Source: Sphingomonas sp.
Lineage (GTDB): Bacteria > Pseudomonadota > Alphaproteobacteria > Sphingomonadales > Sphingomonadaceae
Assembly (NCBI GenBank): GCA_041659385.1
Contig: JBAZYJ010000011.1
Coordinates: 57,374 to 121,373, forward strand
DNA length: 64,000 bases
Direction of reading: 5' to 3'
Shown here: positions 47,485 through 58,268 of the stretch, piece after piece
Layout: each line of letters starts with the position of its first letter
Numbering within the stretch: position 1 is the stretch's first letter
Notes under the pieces: model-generated
Told to the model about the DNA's origin: nothing
The model's input: only the letters and a program-made list of their open reading frames with translations
The model's database searches: none
Made by a program: the position numbers and the translations under genes

Positions 47485-47489
47485 CTGCC

Positions 47490-49037
47490 CTATCGCGCTC
47501 TGCGCCGAATGGCAACCGCTACGCCGCCCAGCAGCAGCGTGACGATCAGCGCCATCCAGTTGCCCATGCGGGCGAAGATCGTCGGTGCATGGGCGCGCGG
47601 AATGATGGTTTCGATGGCGCCGGGTTGCCCCCAGGGCACGCTGGCGAGCACCCAGCCATTGGCATCGATGATCGCGGAAATCCCGGTCGGCGTTGCGCGG
47701 ATGATCGGCAACCCTTCCTCAATCGCCCGCAACCTTGCCTGTGCCAGATGCTGTTCGGGGCCGAACTTTGCGTACCAGCTATCGTTGGAGGGGTTGAAGA
47801 TGAAGGCGGGGCGATGCGCGGGATCGATGATCTGGCCCGAGAAGATGACTTCGTAGCAGATCAACATCCCCACCGGTCCGAAACCGGGCAGATTGATCGT
47901 GCGCGGGCCGGGGCCGGGCAGAAAGTCGTAATCGCCGGGCACCAGCCGGGCGAGGCCGATTTTCGACAGGATCGGTCGCAGCGGCAGATATTCGCCAAAA
48001 GGCACCAGATGTGCCTTGTCATACCGGCCGAGAATCTGCCCCGTCGCATCGATGGCGAAGACCGAATTGGTGATGCTGGCGATGCTCTGGTCGGGGTTGA
48101 ACTGCACCGCGTTGCCGCCGGTCAGCACGATGTCGTTCGCCCCGATCATACCGGCAATCCGCGCGCGAATGGCGCCGGGATCGCCCTGCCAATAATATTG
48201 CTGCGGATAGCCGTCCTCGATCAGGTAGCGCAGCGCGCCTTCGGGCCAGACGATCAGCCGCGGCGCCGCACGGGGCGTACCGACCAGCCGGGTAAGCGCG
48301 CGCAAATTCTGTTCGGCATAATCATCGCGCGGCCGCTGTTCCTGGTCCAGGTCGGGCTGGACGACGCGAACGCGGGGGGCCAGGGCGCGTGCCGCTTCAG
48401 GCGTATCATGGCGACCACCAGCGAGCGTAAGGAGCAGGACCAGCGCGATAATCGGCCCCCCCGCCCACCAGCGCCGATGCACCAGCAGCAACAGGCTGCC
48501 TGCCGCCACCACGGTCATGCCTGACAGCGCATAAGTGCCGATCCAGCGCGCGGATTGCGCGACGCCCAGCGCGGGCAGCCAGATGGATGAAAGCGGGGGC
48601 CATGGATAACCCGTCAGCATCGTCGCGCGCAGCCATTCGGTTGCGATCCAGGCCGCCCCTGCGACGAGCACAAAGGCGAGGTCAGGCGTGGTGCCGTTGC
48701 GTCCGGCGCGCCAGGTGATCGCAGCGGCGAGCATCGGGTAAAGCGCCAGGTACAGGCAGGACAGCCCGACGGCAGGTACCCCGAGCCATTGCGGCATCGC
48801 GTCTTGATAAGTGAAGGCCTGCGCAATCCACAAATTGGCCAGTGTCAGGTGCGCCCAGCCGAACAGCCAGCCCCGCCACAACGCCGCGCGCAAACTGGGT
48901 GCGGCGTGGATCAGCGCCAGCCAGGCGGCCACGGCGACAAGCGTGAGTGGCCAGAAATAAAACGGGGCAAAGCCTGTCGCCGCGATGGCGCCAAGCAACA
49001 GCGAGGCAAGGGCAGGGCGGCGCAGCAAAATCGGCAT
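47490..49037 (-). CDS. lnt: Apolipoprotein N-acyltransferase
   Basis: [19 protein letters not shown] catalytic triad. Confidence 0.95.
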   Translation of the reverse strand: MPILLRRPALASLLLGAIAATGFAPFYFWPLTLVAVAAWLALIHAAPSLRAALWRGWLFGWAHLTLANLWIAQAFTYQDAMPQWLGVPAVGLSCLYLALYPMLAAAITWRAGRNGTTPDLAFVLVAGAAWIATEWLRATMLTGYPWPPLSSIWLPALGVAQSARWIGTYALSGMTVVAAGSLLLLVHRRWWAGGPIIALVLLLTLAGGRHDTPEAARALAPRVRVVQPDLDQEQRPRDDYAEQNLRALTRLVGTPRAAPRLIVWPEGALRYLIEDGYPQQYYWQGDPGAIRARIAGMIGANDIVLTGGNAVQFNPDQSIASITNSVFAIDATGQILGRYDKAHLVPFGEYLPLRPILSKIGLARLVPGDYDFLPGPGPRTINLPGFGPVGMLICYEVIFSGQIIDPAHRPAFIFNPSNDSWYAKFGPEQHLAQARLRAIEEGLPIIRATPTGISAIIDANGWVLASVPWGQPGAIETIIPRAHAPTIFARMGNWMALIVTLLLGGVAVAIRRRAR

Positions 49038-49113
49038 CGCGCACAGCTATGCCGGGGCGGAGCGCTTCACTCAAGGCGTGACGACGTTGAAGCGGTTCGA
49101 TAGTGTCCCGCAC

Positions 49114-49536
49114 ATGAACCTGCGCCCGTTCCATCTCGCCTTTCCTGTCCATGACATCGCCGCGGCACGCGCCTTTTACGGTGGCATGCTTGGCTGTCCC
49201 GAAGGGCGCAGTGCAGACCATTGGATCGATTTCGATCTGTTCGGCCACCAGATCGTCGCTCATTACGATGCGGGTGCCAGGGCAGCCGAACCGATCACCA
49301 ATCCGGTCGACGGGCATGACGTGCCGGTGCCGCATTTCGGTGTCGTGCTGACGATGGACGGCTGGCAGGCGCTGGCGCAGCGGGTTCGGGCGGCGGGCGT
49401 GGCCTTTGGTATCGAGCCGCATATCCGCTTCAAGGGGCAACCCGGCGAACAAGCGACGATGTTCTTCAAGGACCCCAGCGGCAACGCGCTGGAGTTCAAG
49501 GCCTTTGCCGACGACGCGATGCTGTTTGCAACCTGA
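49114..49536 (+). CDS. VOC/glyoxalase family protein
   Basis: [23 protein letters not shown]. Confidence 0.9.
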   Translation: MNLRPFHLAFPVHDIAAARAFYGGMLGCPEGRSADHWIDFDLFGHQIVAHYDAGARAAEPITNPVDGHDVPVPHFGVVLTMDGWQALAQRVRAAGVAFGIEPHIRFKGQPGEQATMFFKDPSGNALEFKAFADDAMLFAT

Positions 49537-49626
49537 AACCGCGGGTTGGGAGAGCCGGGCCACGCCGGGGCAACGTTGGGGCCGGGCGGGGGCCACGAGG
49601 GGCCGCGCCAGAACCGGCAAGCCGTC

Positions 49627-49929
49627 TCAGGCGGGCGTGCCTTCATCCACCGCATATTGTGTCAGGCGGCGGTCGGTAATGCCCAGCGCTGGCCAGGCGG
49701 CTCGCCAGTCCGCGACGTGCGGCATGGTAAAATGCGTGGCGAGCGCGTCGCCATCCGCCCAGCGTTCGATGACATGGATCAGCCCCGGATCGAGCACGTC
49801 CTGGGCATAGCTGTACGCAAGACAACCCGGTTCGGCACGACTGGCGTTGACCATGGCGGCCATCGCCGGGCGCGCAGCGTCCAGATTGTCCGCGGGCAAG
49901 CGGATCGTGCCAGCGATCAGGATCGGCAT
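49627..49929 (-). CDS. Antibiotic biosynthesis monooxygenase (putative quinol monooxygenase)
   Basis: SRAEPGCLAY, IERW, HFTMPH. Confidence 0.88.
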   Translation of the reverse strand: MPILIAGTIRLPADNLDAARPAMAAMVNASRAEPGCLAYSYAQDVLDPGLIHVIERWADGDALATHFTMPHVADWRAAWPALGITDRRLTQYAVDEGTPA

Positions 49930-49930
49930 T

Positions 49931-49964
49931 ATTTTACCGCGCTCACGATTTTACCGCGCTCACG
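49931..49964. repeat. Exact 17-bp tandem duplication
   Basis: ATTTTACCGCGCTCACG x2. Confidence 0.95.
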
Positions 49965-51274
49965 CGCCACACCGCGTTGCCGACATCGTCTGCGACCAGC
50001 AAGGCGCCCGTTGCGTCGGTAATGACGCCGACCGGCCGTCCCTGCGCCTGCCCCCTGGCATTGACGAAACCGCTCAGCACGTCGACCGGCTTCGCGCCCT
50101 TGGCGGGGAAGCCATTGGCGCCAAACGGCACATAGACGACCTTGTAACCTGACAGCGGCTGGCGGTTCCACGACCCGTGTTCGCCGATGAACGCGCCGTT
50201 GGCGAAGGCCGCGCCAAGCTTTGCATCGGCGGCGAAGGCAAGGCCGAGCGCGGCGACATGGGGCCCAAGCGCGTAATCGGGGCGCTTGGAATATTCCTGC
50301 CGGTCGGGTCGTTCGGGCTGGACGCGCTTGTCGACATAGCCGCCCCAGTAAAAATAGGGCCAGCCGAAATAATCACCCAGCACCACCGAGGTGAGGTAAT
50401 CGGGCGCGAGGTCCGATCCGATCATGTCGCGTTCGTTGACCACGGTCCACAATCGCCCGCTTTTGGGTTCATAGGCCATGCCCTGCGGATTGCGCAGGCC
50501 CGCGGCAAAGACGCGCGCGGTCTTGGCCTGGGGGTCGATTTCCAGAATGTCGGCGCGATTGGTTTCCTGATCGAGGCCATCTTCGGCGATGTTGGTCGCC
50601 GAACCGACCGAGACGAACAACGTCCGGCCATCGGGGGCGGGCAACAACCCGCGCGCCCAGTGATTGCCACCGCCGGGATAGCGGACCACGGTTTCGGGCT
50701 TGGCGGTGATCCTGGTCTGGCCAGGGGTGAACGGAACCCGCACCAGCGCATCGGTATCGGCGATGTAAAGCGTGTCGCCGACCAGCGCCATGCCCAACGG
50801 CGAATTGAGGCCGGTAATCAGCGGTGTCTTCACATCGGCCACGCCGTCGCCATTGGTGTCGCGCAACAAGGTGATGCGGTTGGGGGACGGCACATCGGCA
50901 CCGGCTTCGGCGAACAGGTGGTTCATCACCATGCCCGTGATGCCGCCAACGTCGCGGGGAGGCGAATTGGTTTCGGCGACCAGCACGTCGCCATTGGGCA
51001 GGCGGTAAAGCCAGCGCGGATGCTGCAATCCGGTGGCGAAGGCACCAACCTTCAGCCCCGCCCCAGGTGTCGGCATCGCGCCTTGCGGCCAGCCCACCGC
51101 CTTGGCCACGCCGATCGTCGGATAGACTTGCGGGCGCGGCGCGGTGATCTGCGGCTGTTCACCGACCACGGCGGCGAAGGGCAGTTGGGCGACATCGGGC
51201 TGGCTGATCCACCACCACAGGCCAAAGACCGCGAGCAGGACACAACCGACGAAGGGAAGGAGATATTTGCGCAT
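49943..51274 (-). CDS. Sorbosone dehydrogenase / PQQ-dependent sugar dehydrogenase family
   Basis: HPRWLY, GLRNPQG, VNERD, GEHGSWNR, GRPVG. Confidence 0.9.
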   Translation of the reverse strand: MRKYLLPFVGCVLLAVFGLWWWISQPDVAQLPFAAVVGEQPQITAPRPQVYPTIGVAKAVGWPQGAMPTPGAGLKVGAFATGLQHPRWLYRLPNGDVLVAETNSPPRDVGGITGMVMNHLFAEAGADVPSPNRITLLRDTNGDGVADVKTPLITGLNSPLGMALVGDTLYIADTDALVRVPFTPGQTRITAKPETVVRYPGGGNHWARGLLPAPDGRTLFVSVGSATNIAEDGLDQETNRADILEIDPQAKTARVFAAGLRNPQGMAYEPKSGRLWTVVNERDMIGSDLAPDYLTSVVLGDYFGWPYFYWGGYVDKRVQPERPDRQEYSKRPDYALGPHVAALGLAFAADAKLGAAFANGAFIGEHGSWNRQPLSGYKVVYVPFGANGFPAKGAKPVDVLSGFVNARGQAQGRPVGVITDATGALLVADDVGNAVWRVSAVKS

Positions 51275-51378
51275 CGCCGCGAATTACCCGCTCGTTGCCG
51301 CTTGTACCACGCAAAAATGGAAATGGCCGTCGGCAAAGGGAAATGCCGGCGACCGCTCCGGATCAGGGCCGGCGGGGG

Positions 51379-52890
51379 CTATTTGGCGAGCGCGGGGGTC
51401 CGCTCGTCTTCCGGCGCACTGATCGAAGGGTTGGGATGCGTGTGCTTCGCCTTTGTCCAGGCGGCGCGAACACCAGCCCCGTAATCGGGGTGAACCCGGG
51501 TGAACAGGGCAAGCTGGCGCTCGACGATATAATCGGGCGTGTCGCCAAATGCGGCGGCGATGTTGTCGAACAATCGCTGCTTCTGCCCCGCATCGAACAG
51601 GTTGAACAAGGCGCGCGGCTGGCTGAAGTCGTCATTGCCTTCGCGGTGGTTATACCGGTCGGCATCGCCCGAAATCTTCAGTGGCGGTTCCTTCGCGCTT
51701 TCATCCTGCACCGGTCCGCCAAAGCTGTTGGGCTCATAATAGGCGTTGGGATTGGGATTATTGGCGAAGAAGCGCATCGCCCCGTCCTTGTGGTAATGGT
51801 GGACGGGCACCTTGGGCGCGTTGACCGGCAATGCCTCGTAATGCGTGCCGATGCGGTGGCGATGGGCGTCGGCATAGCTGAACACCCGCGCCTGCAGCAT
51901 CTTGTCGGGCGAAAAGCCGATGCCGGGAACGATGTTCGACGGGCTGAACGCGGCCTGTTCGATTTCGGCGAAATAATTGTCGGCGTTGCGGTTCAATTCG
52001 AACTCGCCAATGTCGATCGGCGGATAATCGGCATGTGGCCAAATCTTGGTCAGGTCGAACGGGTTGTACGACGTCTTTTCGGCATCGAGTTCGGGCATGA
52101 TCTGCACCTGCACTTTCCAGCGCGGAAAATTGCCGGTCTCGATCGCCTCGAACAGGTCTTCCTGCGTCGATTCGCGAGTCCGGGCGACGACGGCACCGGC
52201 TTCTTCATTGGTCCAGTGCTTGTGGCCCTGAAGCGTCTTGAAGTGGAACTTCACCCAGAAACGCTCACCCGCATCGTTCCACAGGCTGTAGGTATGGCTG
52301 CCATAGCCGTTGATGTGGCGCACGTCGGTGGGCAGTCCGCGATCGGACATCAGCGTCGTCACCTGATGCAGTGATTCGGGCGAAAGCGACCAGAAATCCC
52401 ACATCGCGGTCGGGCTGCGCAGGTTGGTGCGGGGATGGCGCTTTTGCGTGTGGATGAAATCGGGGAATTTGTAGGGATCACGGATGAAGAACACCGGCGT
52501 GTTGTTGCCCACCAGATCCCAATTGCCGTCCTGGGTGTAGAATTTCAGCGCAAAGCCGCGCACGTCGCGTTCGGCATCGGCAGCGCCCATTTCGCCCGCC
52601 ACGGTGGAGAAGCGCGCGATCATCGGCGTTTCGGTGCCCGGCTGGAGCACCTTCGCCCTGGTGTATCTGCTGATGTCGCCAGTGATCCGCAGCACGCCGT
52701 GCGCCCCCCAGCCCTTGGCATGGACGGTGCGTTCGGGCACGCGTTCACGGTTCTGGTGTGCCAGCTTTTCCAGCAGTTGATAATCCTGCATCAGCACCGG
52801 GCCACGCGGCCCGGCGGTGATCGAATTCTGATTGTCAGGAACCGGTGCGCCGGCACTGGTCGTCAGGGTCGGGCGTGTATCGTCGGCCAT
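51379..52890 (-). CDS. katA: Monofunctional heme catalase
   Basis: [31 protein letters not shown]. Confidence 0.95.
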   Translation of the reverse strand: MADDTRPTLTTSAGAPVPDNQNSITAGPRGPVLMQDYQLLEKLAHQNRERVPERTVHAKGWGAHGVLRITGDISRYTRAKVLQPGTETPMIARFSTVAGEMGAADAERDVRGFALKFYTQDGNWDLVGNNTPVFFIRDPYKFPDFIHTQKRHPRTNLRSPTAMWDFWSLSPESLHQVTTLMSDRGLPTDVRHINGYGSHTYSLWNDAGERFWVKFHFKTLQGHKHWTNEEAGAVVARTRESTQEDLFEAIETGNFPRWKVQVQIMPELDAEKTSYNPFDLTKIWPHADYPPIDIGEFELNRNADNYFAEIEQAAFSPSNIVPGIGFSPDKMLQARVFSYADAHRHRIGTHYEALPVNAPKVPVHHYHKDGAMRFFANNPNPNAYYEPNSFGGPVQDESAKEPPLKISGDADRYNHREGNDDFSQPRALFNLFDAGQKQRLFDNIAAAFGDTPDYIVERQLALFTRVHPDYGAGVRAAWTKAKHTHPNPSISAPEDERTPALAK

Positions 52891-52941
52891 CGTTAACCTC
52901 CACTGGCTGGGCTTGCGCTGCTGAATGCCACCGATTGAACG

Positions 52942-52978
52942 ATCGATAAAACAGATTGATCCGCATTCACTGATCGAT
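52942..52978. promoter_or_regulatory. OxyR-type binding site
   Basis: ATCG-N7-AGAT-N7-CATT-N7-CGAT upstream of catalase. Confidence 0.55.
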
Positions 52979-53091
52979 TTTGCAATTTTCGATGGGATAT
53001 GAATCGTCAATCCCGATCGGGGTTTGGCGCCCCCCTTATTCGGGTAGGTCGGTCCGGGCAAAGGCCTCGGCGGGGGCGCTCATCGTCGCCG

Positions 53092-53119
53092 CCGATTCCT
53101 CAGCCCCGATTCCTCAGCC
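53092..53119. repeat. 14-bp tandem duplication at the corC stop
   Basis: CCGATTCCTCAGCC x2. Confidence 0.9.
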
Positions 53120-54031
53120 CGCGTCCAAGCGATGTCGTGGCGGGTGGAGCCGGACGCGCAGCACGCGTTTGGTATCCGCGTCGACAGCCTCGATCCGCCA
53201 GCCGCTTGGGTGATCGACGATATTGCCAGGGGCGGGCACATGGCCGACGAGCATTGCCGTCAACCCGCCGATGGTATCGATATCGTCTTCGGTCTCGGCG
53301 AGCTTCGGGTCGATGGCTTCGCCGACTTCCTTCAGCTCGGCGCGGCCATCGGCTTCCCACAAGCCGCCGTCGAGAGGCACGATCATCGCTTGTGGCGCGT
53401 CGTCATGCTCATCCTCGATATGGCCGACGATTTCCTCGATCAGATCCTCGATCGTCACCAGCCCTTCGGTGCCCGAATATTCGTCGAGGACGATCGCCAG
53501 GTGAACGCGTTTCTGGCGCATGTCGGCCAGCAGGTCGAGCGTCCCGCGCGACATCGGCACGAACAGCGGATCGCGGATCAGCGTGCCGATATCGTCGGGG
53601 TGCGGCGCGCCCGTCGCCAGGATGTTGAAGACATCCTTGATATGGACCATGCCGATGATCTCATCGAGGGTGCCCCGATAGACCGGCAGGCGGCTGTGCC
53701 CGGCATCGGCGAATAATTTGACCAGATCGTCAAAACTGGTCTTTTCCTCAACCGCGATCACGTCGGCGCGCGGCACCCCGACATCGCCCGCATCGCGTTC
53801 GCCGAAGTGCAGCAGGTTGCGCACCATCTGGCGTTCGAGCGGGGAAAGGTCACCCTTGGCATCGGGCGCGGGATCGTCCTCATGCGCGTCGATTGCGTCT
53901 TCAAGCTGGGCGCGGAGCGTATCATCGGCCTCACCGCCGAAGATCAGGGATTTCAAGCCGCGCCATATGCCGCCATCATGGGCGGTATCGGCAACGGCGG
54001 GAGTAGATCGGCTACTGGGGCCCTCGGCCAT
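53114..54031 (-). CDS. corC: CorC/HlyC CBS-domain protein
   Basis: GHSRLPVY, VLDEYSGTEGLVTIEDLIEEIVG, CorC_HlyC tail. Confidence 0.9.
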   Translation of the reverse strand: MAEGPSSRSTPAVADTAHDGGIWRGLKSLIFGGEADDTLRAQLEDAIDAHEDDPAPDAKGDLSPLERQMVRNLLHFGERDAGDVGVPRADVIAVEEKTSFDDLVKLFADAGHSRLPVYRGTLDEIIGMVHIKDVFNILATGAPHPDDIGTLIRDPLFVPMSRGTLDLLADMRQKRVHLAIVLDEYSGTEGLVTIEDLIEEIVGHIEDEHDDAPQAMIVPLDGGLWEADGRAELKEVGEAIDPKLAETEDDIDTIGGLTAMLVGHVPAPGNIVDHPSGWRIEAVDADTKRVLRVRLHPPRHRLDAG

Positions 54032-54040
54032 GGTCGAACG

Positions 54041-54550
54041 TCAATCCTCGCGTATCAGATAAGGGTCATGCAGGCCCAGCGATGCCAGCACATCGCGTTC
54101 GATGGCCTCCATCACTTCGGCTTCCCGGTCGTCAATGTGGTCATATCCTAACAGATGCAAGCAGCCGTGCACGATCAAATGCGTGGCGTGCGCGGCAACC
54201 GGAATGCCCTTTTCCGCCGCTTCCCGTTCGCAGACCCCGCGCGCCAGCACGATATCGCCGACCAGCAGTTCGCCATCGTCGGTGTTGGCCACCACTTCCA
54301 GCATGTCGGGTTCGATCATCGGGAAGGACAGGACGTTGGTCGGCTTGTCCTTCTGGCGGTAATCGCGGTTGAGGGTGTGGACTTCGTCGTCGTCGGTCAA
54401 GCGAACCGAGAATTCCGCGCTGAACGCCGCGTTTGCCCAGCCCGAACATGGCGTCACTGCCAGGGCCGCGGCACAGGCGCGCGTGGCCAGCGCGTCCCAG
54501 TCGGTGCCATCGTCCCACATCGGTTCGGCCGCAACCGCGACATCAAGCAT
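54041..54550 (-). CDS. ybeY: rRNA maturation endoribonuclease YbeY
   Basis: PTNVLSFP and HGCLHLLGYDH. Confidence 0.95.
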   Translation of the reverse strand: MLDVAVAAEPMWDDGTDWDALATRACAAALAVTPCSGWANAAFSAEFSVRLTDDDEVHTLNRDYRQKDKPTNVLSFPMIEPDMLEVVANTDDGELLVGDIVLARGVCEREAAEKGIPVAAHATHLIVHGCLHLLGYDHIDDREAEVMEAIERDVLASLGLHDPYLIRED

Positions 54551-54552
54551 CC

Positions 54553-55551
54553 TCAAGCATCCTTGCCCTCATATGCTTCGACGATGCGGCCGACGATCGG
54601 ATGGCGCACCACGTCGCCCGCGCCGAAGCGACAGACCGACAGGCCGTCGATTCCCTCCAGCCGCCTGACCGCGTCGTTCAGGCCCGATGCATTCATGCCG
54701 CCGGGCAAATCGGTCTGGTTGGGGTCTCCGCACACCACCATGCGGCTGTTCTCGCCAAAGCGGGTAAGGAACATCTTCATCTGTGCCGGCGTGGTGTTCT
54801 GCGCCTCGTCGAGGATGATGAACGCATCCGCCAGCGTGCGGCCGCGCATGAAGGCGATGGGCGCGATTTCGATCTCGCCGCTCGCCACGCGCCGCTCGAC
54901 CTGTTCGGCGGGGAGGCAATCGTTGAGCGCATCGTAAAGCGGGCGGAGATAGGGATCGACCTTCTCCTTCATGTCACCGGGCAGGAAGCCCAGCTTTTCC
55001 CCTGCCTCCACCGCCGGGCGCGACAGGATCAGCCGCTGGATCGACCCGGTGATGAGTTGCGCCACCGCCTGGGCAACCGCGATATAGGTCTTGCCGGTGC
55101 CTGCCGGCCCAAGCGCGAAGATGATGTCGTGGTTCAGCAGTTCGCGCATGTAATGTGCCTGGGCGATGGTGCGCGGCGCGATCGTCTTCTTGCGCGTGCG
55201 GATCATGATGGTGGGCGGCTCGCCCAGATCAGCGCGGATGATACCGTCCAGGGTCGGTTCGGCGGACATCGTGATCACCGCCTCGATCAGCCCGGTGTCG
55301 ATCACCTCGCCTCGCACGATCCGGTTGTAGAGCGCATTGAGCACGCCGCGCGCCGCCGCGACCGATTCGGCGGCTCCTTCCAGCCCGACCTTGTTGCCGC
55401 GCGCGGTGATATAAACCCCCAGACGGTTTTCGAGCAGCAACAGGTTCTGGTCAAACTCGCCGAAAAGCTGCGGCATCAATTGTGGTCGGTCAAAGGTCAG
55501 TTCGGCGCGACTGCGGTCGCCGGAACGCGCGGGGACTGGCTTGCGGCTCAT
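54553..55551 (-). CDS. phoH: PhoH-like ATPase
   Basis: GPAGTGKT, RPAVEAGE, MRGRTL, DEAQN. Confidence 0.93.
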   Translation of the reverse strand: MSRKPVPARSGDRSRAELTFDRPQLMPQLFGEFDQNLLLLENRLGVYITARGNKVGLEGAAESVAAARGVLNALYNRIVRGEVIDTGLIEAVITMSAEPTLDGIIRADLGEPPTIMIRTRKKTIAPRTIAQAHYMRELLNHDIIFALGPAGTGKTYIAVAQAVAQLITGSIQRLILSRPAVEAGEKLGFLPGDMKEKVDPYLRPLYDALNDCLPAEQVERRVASGEIEIAPIAFMRGRTLADAFIILDEAQNTTPAQMKMFLTRFGENSRMVVCGDPNQTDLPGGMNASGLNDAVRRLEGIDGLSVCRFGAGDVVRHPIVGRIVEAYEGKDA

Positions 55552-55906
55552 GCGGTCCTTTCAGGGCGTTCGGCCGCATTGGAGCGACCGACGTTGAGAA
55601 AACTGGTTGAGGAAGTTGAGGGTTGCCAGCGGCTTTTCGCAACCCTCAACGCAACCCGTGGGCGCCGTGCGCCGATGGCTGCGGGAGAGGAGCGGGTGTG
55701 CTGCATCCGCTGGCGAGTTTGGCAGATGGCGGTGGGTTAGGACAGCGGAAAAGTGGGTCGCGCGCCCGATATCGGCAAGCACGGCGAAAAAGTCGCCAGC
55801 ATCGGAAGTCAGAAGCCGCCGCCGGCCGCAAATGGCAGATCGGCGCCGTGCGGGCTCCATCAAGTCCGCACGGCGCCGATCGGGATCGGCCAAAGGCCCC
55901 GCGCGA

Positions 55907-56212
55907 TCAGGTGTGGAAAAGATGAGCGCCGTGGGTGATGGCACCGCCTGCACGGATGGCCGCCGCGACAACCGTGGTTTCCGCCAGTTGCGCATCGGTC
56001 GCGCCTGCCTTGCGCGCGGCCTGCATGTGGATTTCGATGCAATATGGGCATTGCGTGGTGAGCGCGACGCCAATGGCGATCAATTGCTTGTTGAGTTCGG
56101 AAATGGCGCCATCCTGGAACGCCGCTTTGTCAAAGGCCCAGAATGCCTTCATTCCTTCCGAAGCGCCTTCATCGAGCTTCTGCAGGTTCTTGAGCTTGGC
56201 CATGTCATGCAT
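55907..56212 (-). CDS. Carboxymuconolactone decarboxylase / AhpD-like protein
   Basis: SD AGGAG; CPYCIEIH motif. Confidence 0.88.
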   Translation of the reverse strand: MHDMAKLKNLQKLDEGASEGMKAFWAFDKAAFQDGAISELNKQLIAIGVALTTQCPYCIEIHMQAARKAGATDAQLAETTVVAAAIRAGGAITHGAHLFHT

Positions 56213-56383
56213 CGGGCATCTCCTGAGTCATATCGATTACCGCGCCAGTTTCCTTGGTGAACCGGTGCAAAGGCAAAATGTTACCTGGAGCCGCAGTTTG
56301 CAAGGCAGGTTCTGGACGCGCGGGGCGCCGGATTGGCGCGGCAAACAAGCCGCCGTGCGCGATTGTCAATCAACCTGCGTCTA

Positions 56384-57718
56384 TCAATCAACCCGCGCCG
56401 CGTTCACCGAATTCGCGCCAGCGGCGGTTATTTCCACCCGCACCATATCGCCAATCGCGTCATCGCCTTCGACCACCACCGATTGCAGCCAGGGCGACTT
56501 GCCGATCTTTTGCCCGGCAAACTTGCCGTCGCGTTCCAGCAGCACGTCGCATGTCCGCCCAACGGTCGCGGCGTTGAACGCGGCCTGATCGCGGTTGAGC
56601 GCGGCTTGCAGGCGTTGCAGCCGTTCGTCCATCACCGCCAGCGGCACCTGATCGTCCATCGTCGCGGCCGGGGTGCCCGGCCTTGGCGAATATTTGAAGC
56701 TATATGCCTGCGCATAACCCACCGCATCGACCAGGCTGAGCGTGTCGGCGAATTCGGCATCGGTCTCACCGGGAAAGCCGACGATGAAGTCGCCCGACAG
56801 CGCGATGTCGGGGCGCGCCGCGCGGATGCGGTCGAGCAGGCGCAGATAACGGTCGCGCGTGTGGCTGCGGTTCATCGCCTTCAGCACGCGGTCATTGCCT
56901 GCCTGCACCGGCAGATGCAGAAACGGCATCAGCTTTTCGACCTCGGCATGGGCGACGATCAGGTCGTCGGCCATGTCGTTGGGGTGGCTGGTGGTATAGC
57001 GCAGCCGCGCCAGCCCATCGATGTCGGCAAGCGCGCGGATCAGGTCGCCCAGCCCGCCACTGCGGCCCTTCGCATCTTCGCCCGTCCAGGCATTGACGTT
57101 CTGGCCAAGCAGGGTGATTTCGCGCGCACCCGCGTCCACCAGCGCCTTCGCCTCATCGACGATGGCGCTCCATGCACGGCTGACTTCGGCGCCGCGCGTA
57201 TAGGGCACGACGCAATAGGTGCAGAATTTGTCGCACCCTTCCTGCACCGTCAGGAATGCCGATGGCGGCACGCGGCGGCGGGCGGGCAAGTGGCCGAACT
57301 TCATGTCGACCGGCATGTCGGTATCGAGCGCCGATTGCCCCTGCGCCGCGCGCGACACCAGCCCGGGCAGGTTGTGATAGGCTTGCGGGCCGACCACCAC
57401 GTCCACTTTGGCGCGGCGGATAATCTCTTCGCCTTCCGCCTGCGCGACGCAGCCGGCAATCGCGATCATCGGGTCGTCGCCATGTTTGCGCAGGCGGCCA
57501 ATGTCCGAATAGACTTTCTCCGTCGCCTTTTCGCGGATGTGGCAAGTGTTGAGGATGACGAGATCGGCGGCATAAGGATCATCGACTGCCGCCATGCCCT
57601 GCGCGGTCATCAATTCGGCCATGCGATCGCCGTCATAGACGTTCATCTGGCAGCCAAAGGATTTGACCGCGAAGGTCCGGGGCAATGGCTTGGTGGGCAG
57701 GGGTTTGGGCGCGTTCAT
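56384..57718 (-). CDS. miaB: tRNA ms2i6A37 methylthiotransferase
   Basis: GCQMN, NTCHIRE, radical [15 protein letters not shown] domain. Confidence 0.96.
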   Translation of the reverse strand: MNAPKPLPTKPLPRTFAVKSFGCQMNVYDGDRMAELMTAQGMAAVDDPYAADLVILNTCHIREKATEKVYSDIGRLRKHGDDPMIAIAGCVAQAEGEEIIRRAKVDVVVGPQAYHNLPGLVSRAAQGQSALDTDMPVDMKFGHLPARRRVPPSAFLTVQEGCDKFCTYCVVPYTRGAEVSRAWSAIVDEAKALVDAGAREITLLGQNVNAWTGEDAKGRSGGLGDLIRALADIDGLARLRYTTSHPNDMADDLIVAHAEVEKLMPFLHLPVQAGNDRVLKAMNRSHTRDRYLRLLDRIRAARPDIALSGDFIVGFPGETDAEFADTLSLVDAVGYAQAYSFKYSPRPGTPAATMDDQVPLAVMDERLQRLQAALNRDQAAFNAATVGRTCDVLLERDGKFAGQKIGKSPWLQSVVVEGDDAIGDMVRVEITAAGANSVNAARVD

Positions 57719-57796
57719 TGGCGGCGCCTATAGCGGGGTGTGGCGGCCAGGTAAAATCGGCGATGGCGGTTCACACCAAAGCGCGATGAACGCCAC

Positions 57797-58186
57797 TCAT
57801 CGCGGGCTGGTATCAGGCACGCGGACGAATTCATGGTCGCCGTCCCGCCCCGGAAGGACAAGGGCGGCGCGGCCATTGGCGATGCGATAGCGCAGCACCA
57901 TCGGCGCGCCGTCGGTGTCGATATCCAGCCCCTGGCCCGCGGCGACGCCCAGATATTTGTCGGGGATGAGCACCACGCCCTGCTTGTCGCGCTCAAGCGT
58001 GAAGCTGATCGCGCGCTGCGGGGTTTCGATCGTACCGTTGGCGATGGTCAGCGGGGCGCAACAGGCGCTGCGATAGGTGCCATCGACATCGGGCAGGGGC
58101 GGGTCTGCGGGCCGCAGCCACGCAAATGCGGCCAATGCCATGGCAACGGCGCCTGCGATCGGCAACATGGTGTAAATTCGCTTCAT
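57797..58186 (-). CDS. Membrane-anchored hypothetical protein
   Basis: N-terminal TM/signal, vicinal CC motif (YRSACCAP). Confidence 0.7.
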   Translation of the reverse strand: MKRIYTMLPIAGAVAMALAAFAWLRPADPPLPDVDGTYRSACCAPLTIANGTIETPQRAISFTLERDKQGVVLIPDKYLGVAAGQGLDIDTDGAPMVLRYRIANGRAALVLPGRDGDHEFVRVPDTSPR

Positions 58187-58220
58187 CGGGATGAGCGGAA
58201 ACGGCTTTCCACCGCCCGAG

Positions 58221-58268
58221 TCAACCGATCACTGCGTCAACCGATCAACCGATCAACCGATCAACCGA
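58221..58268. repeat. 8-bp tandem repeat
   Basis: TCAACCGA x4 at 58237-58268 plus one copy at 58221. Confidence 0.9.

Noticed and set aside
47424-47489. SAM-II or SAM-SAH riboswitch before metK
   Set aside because: Gap too short and no matching conserved core; the palindromic operator explains it better.
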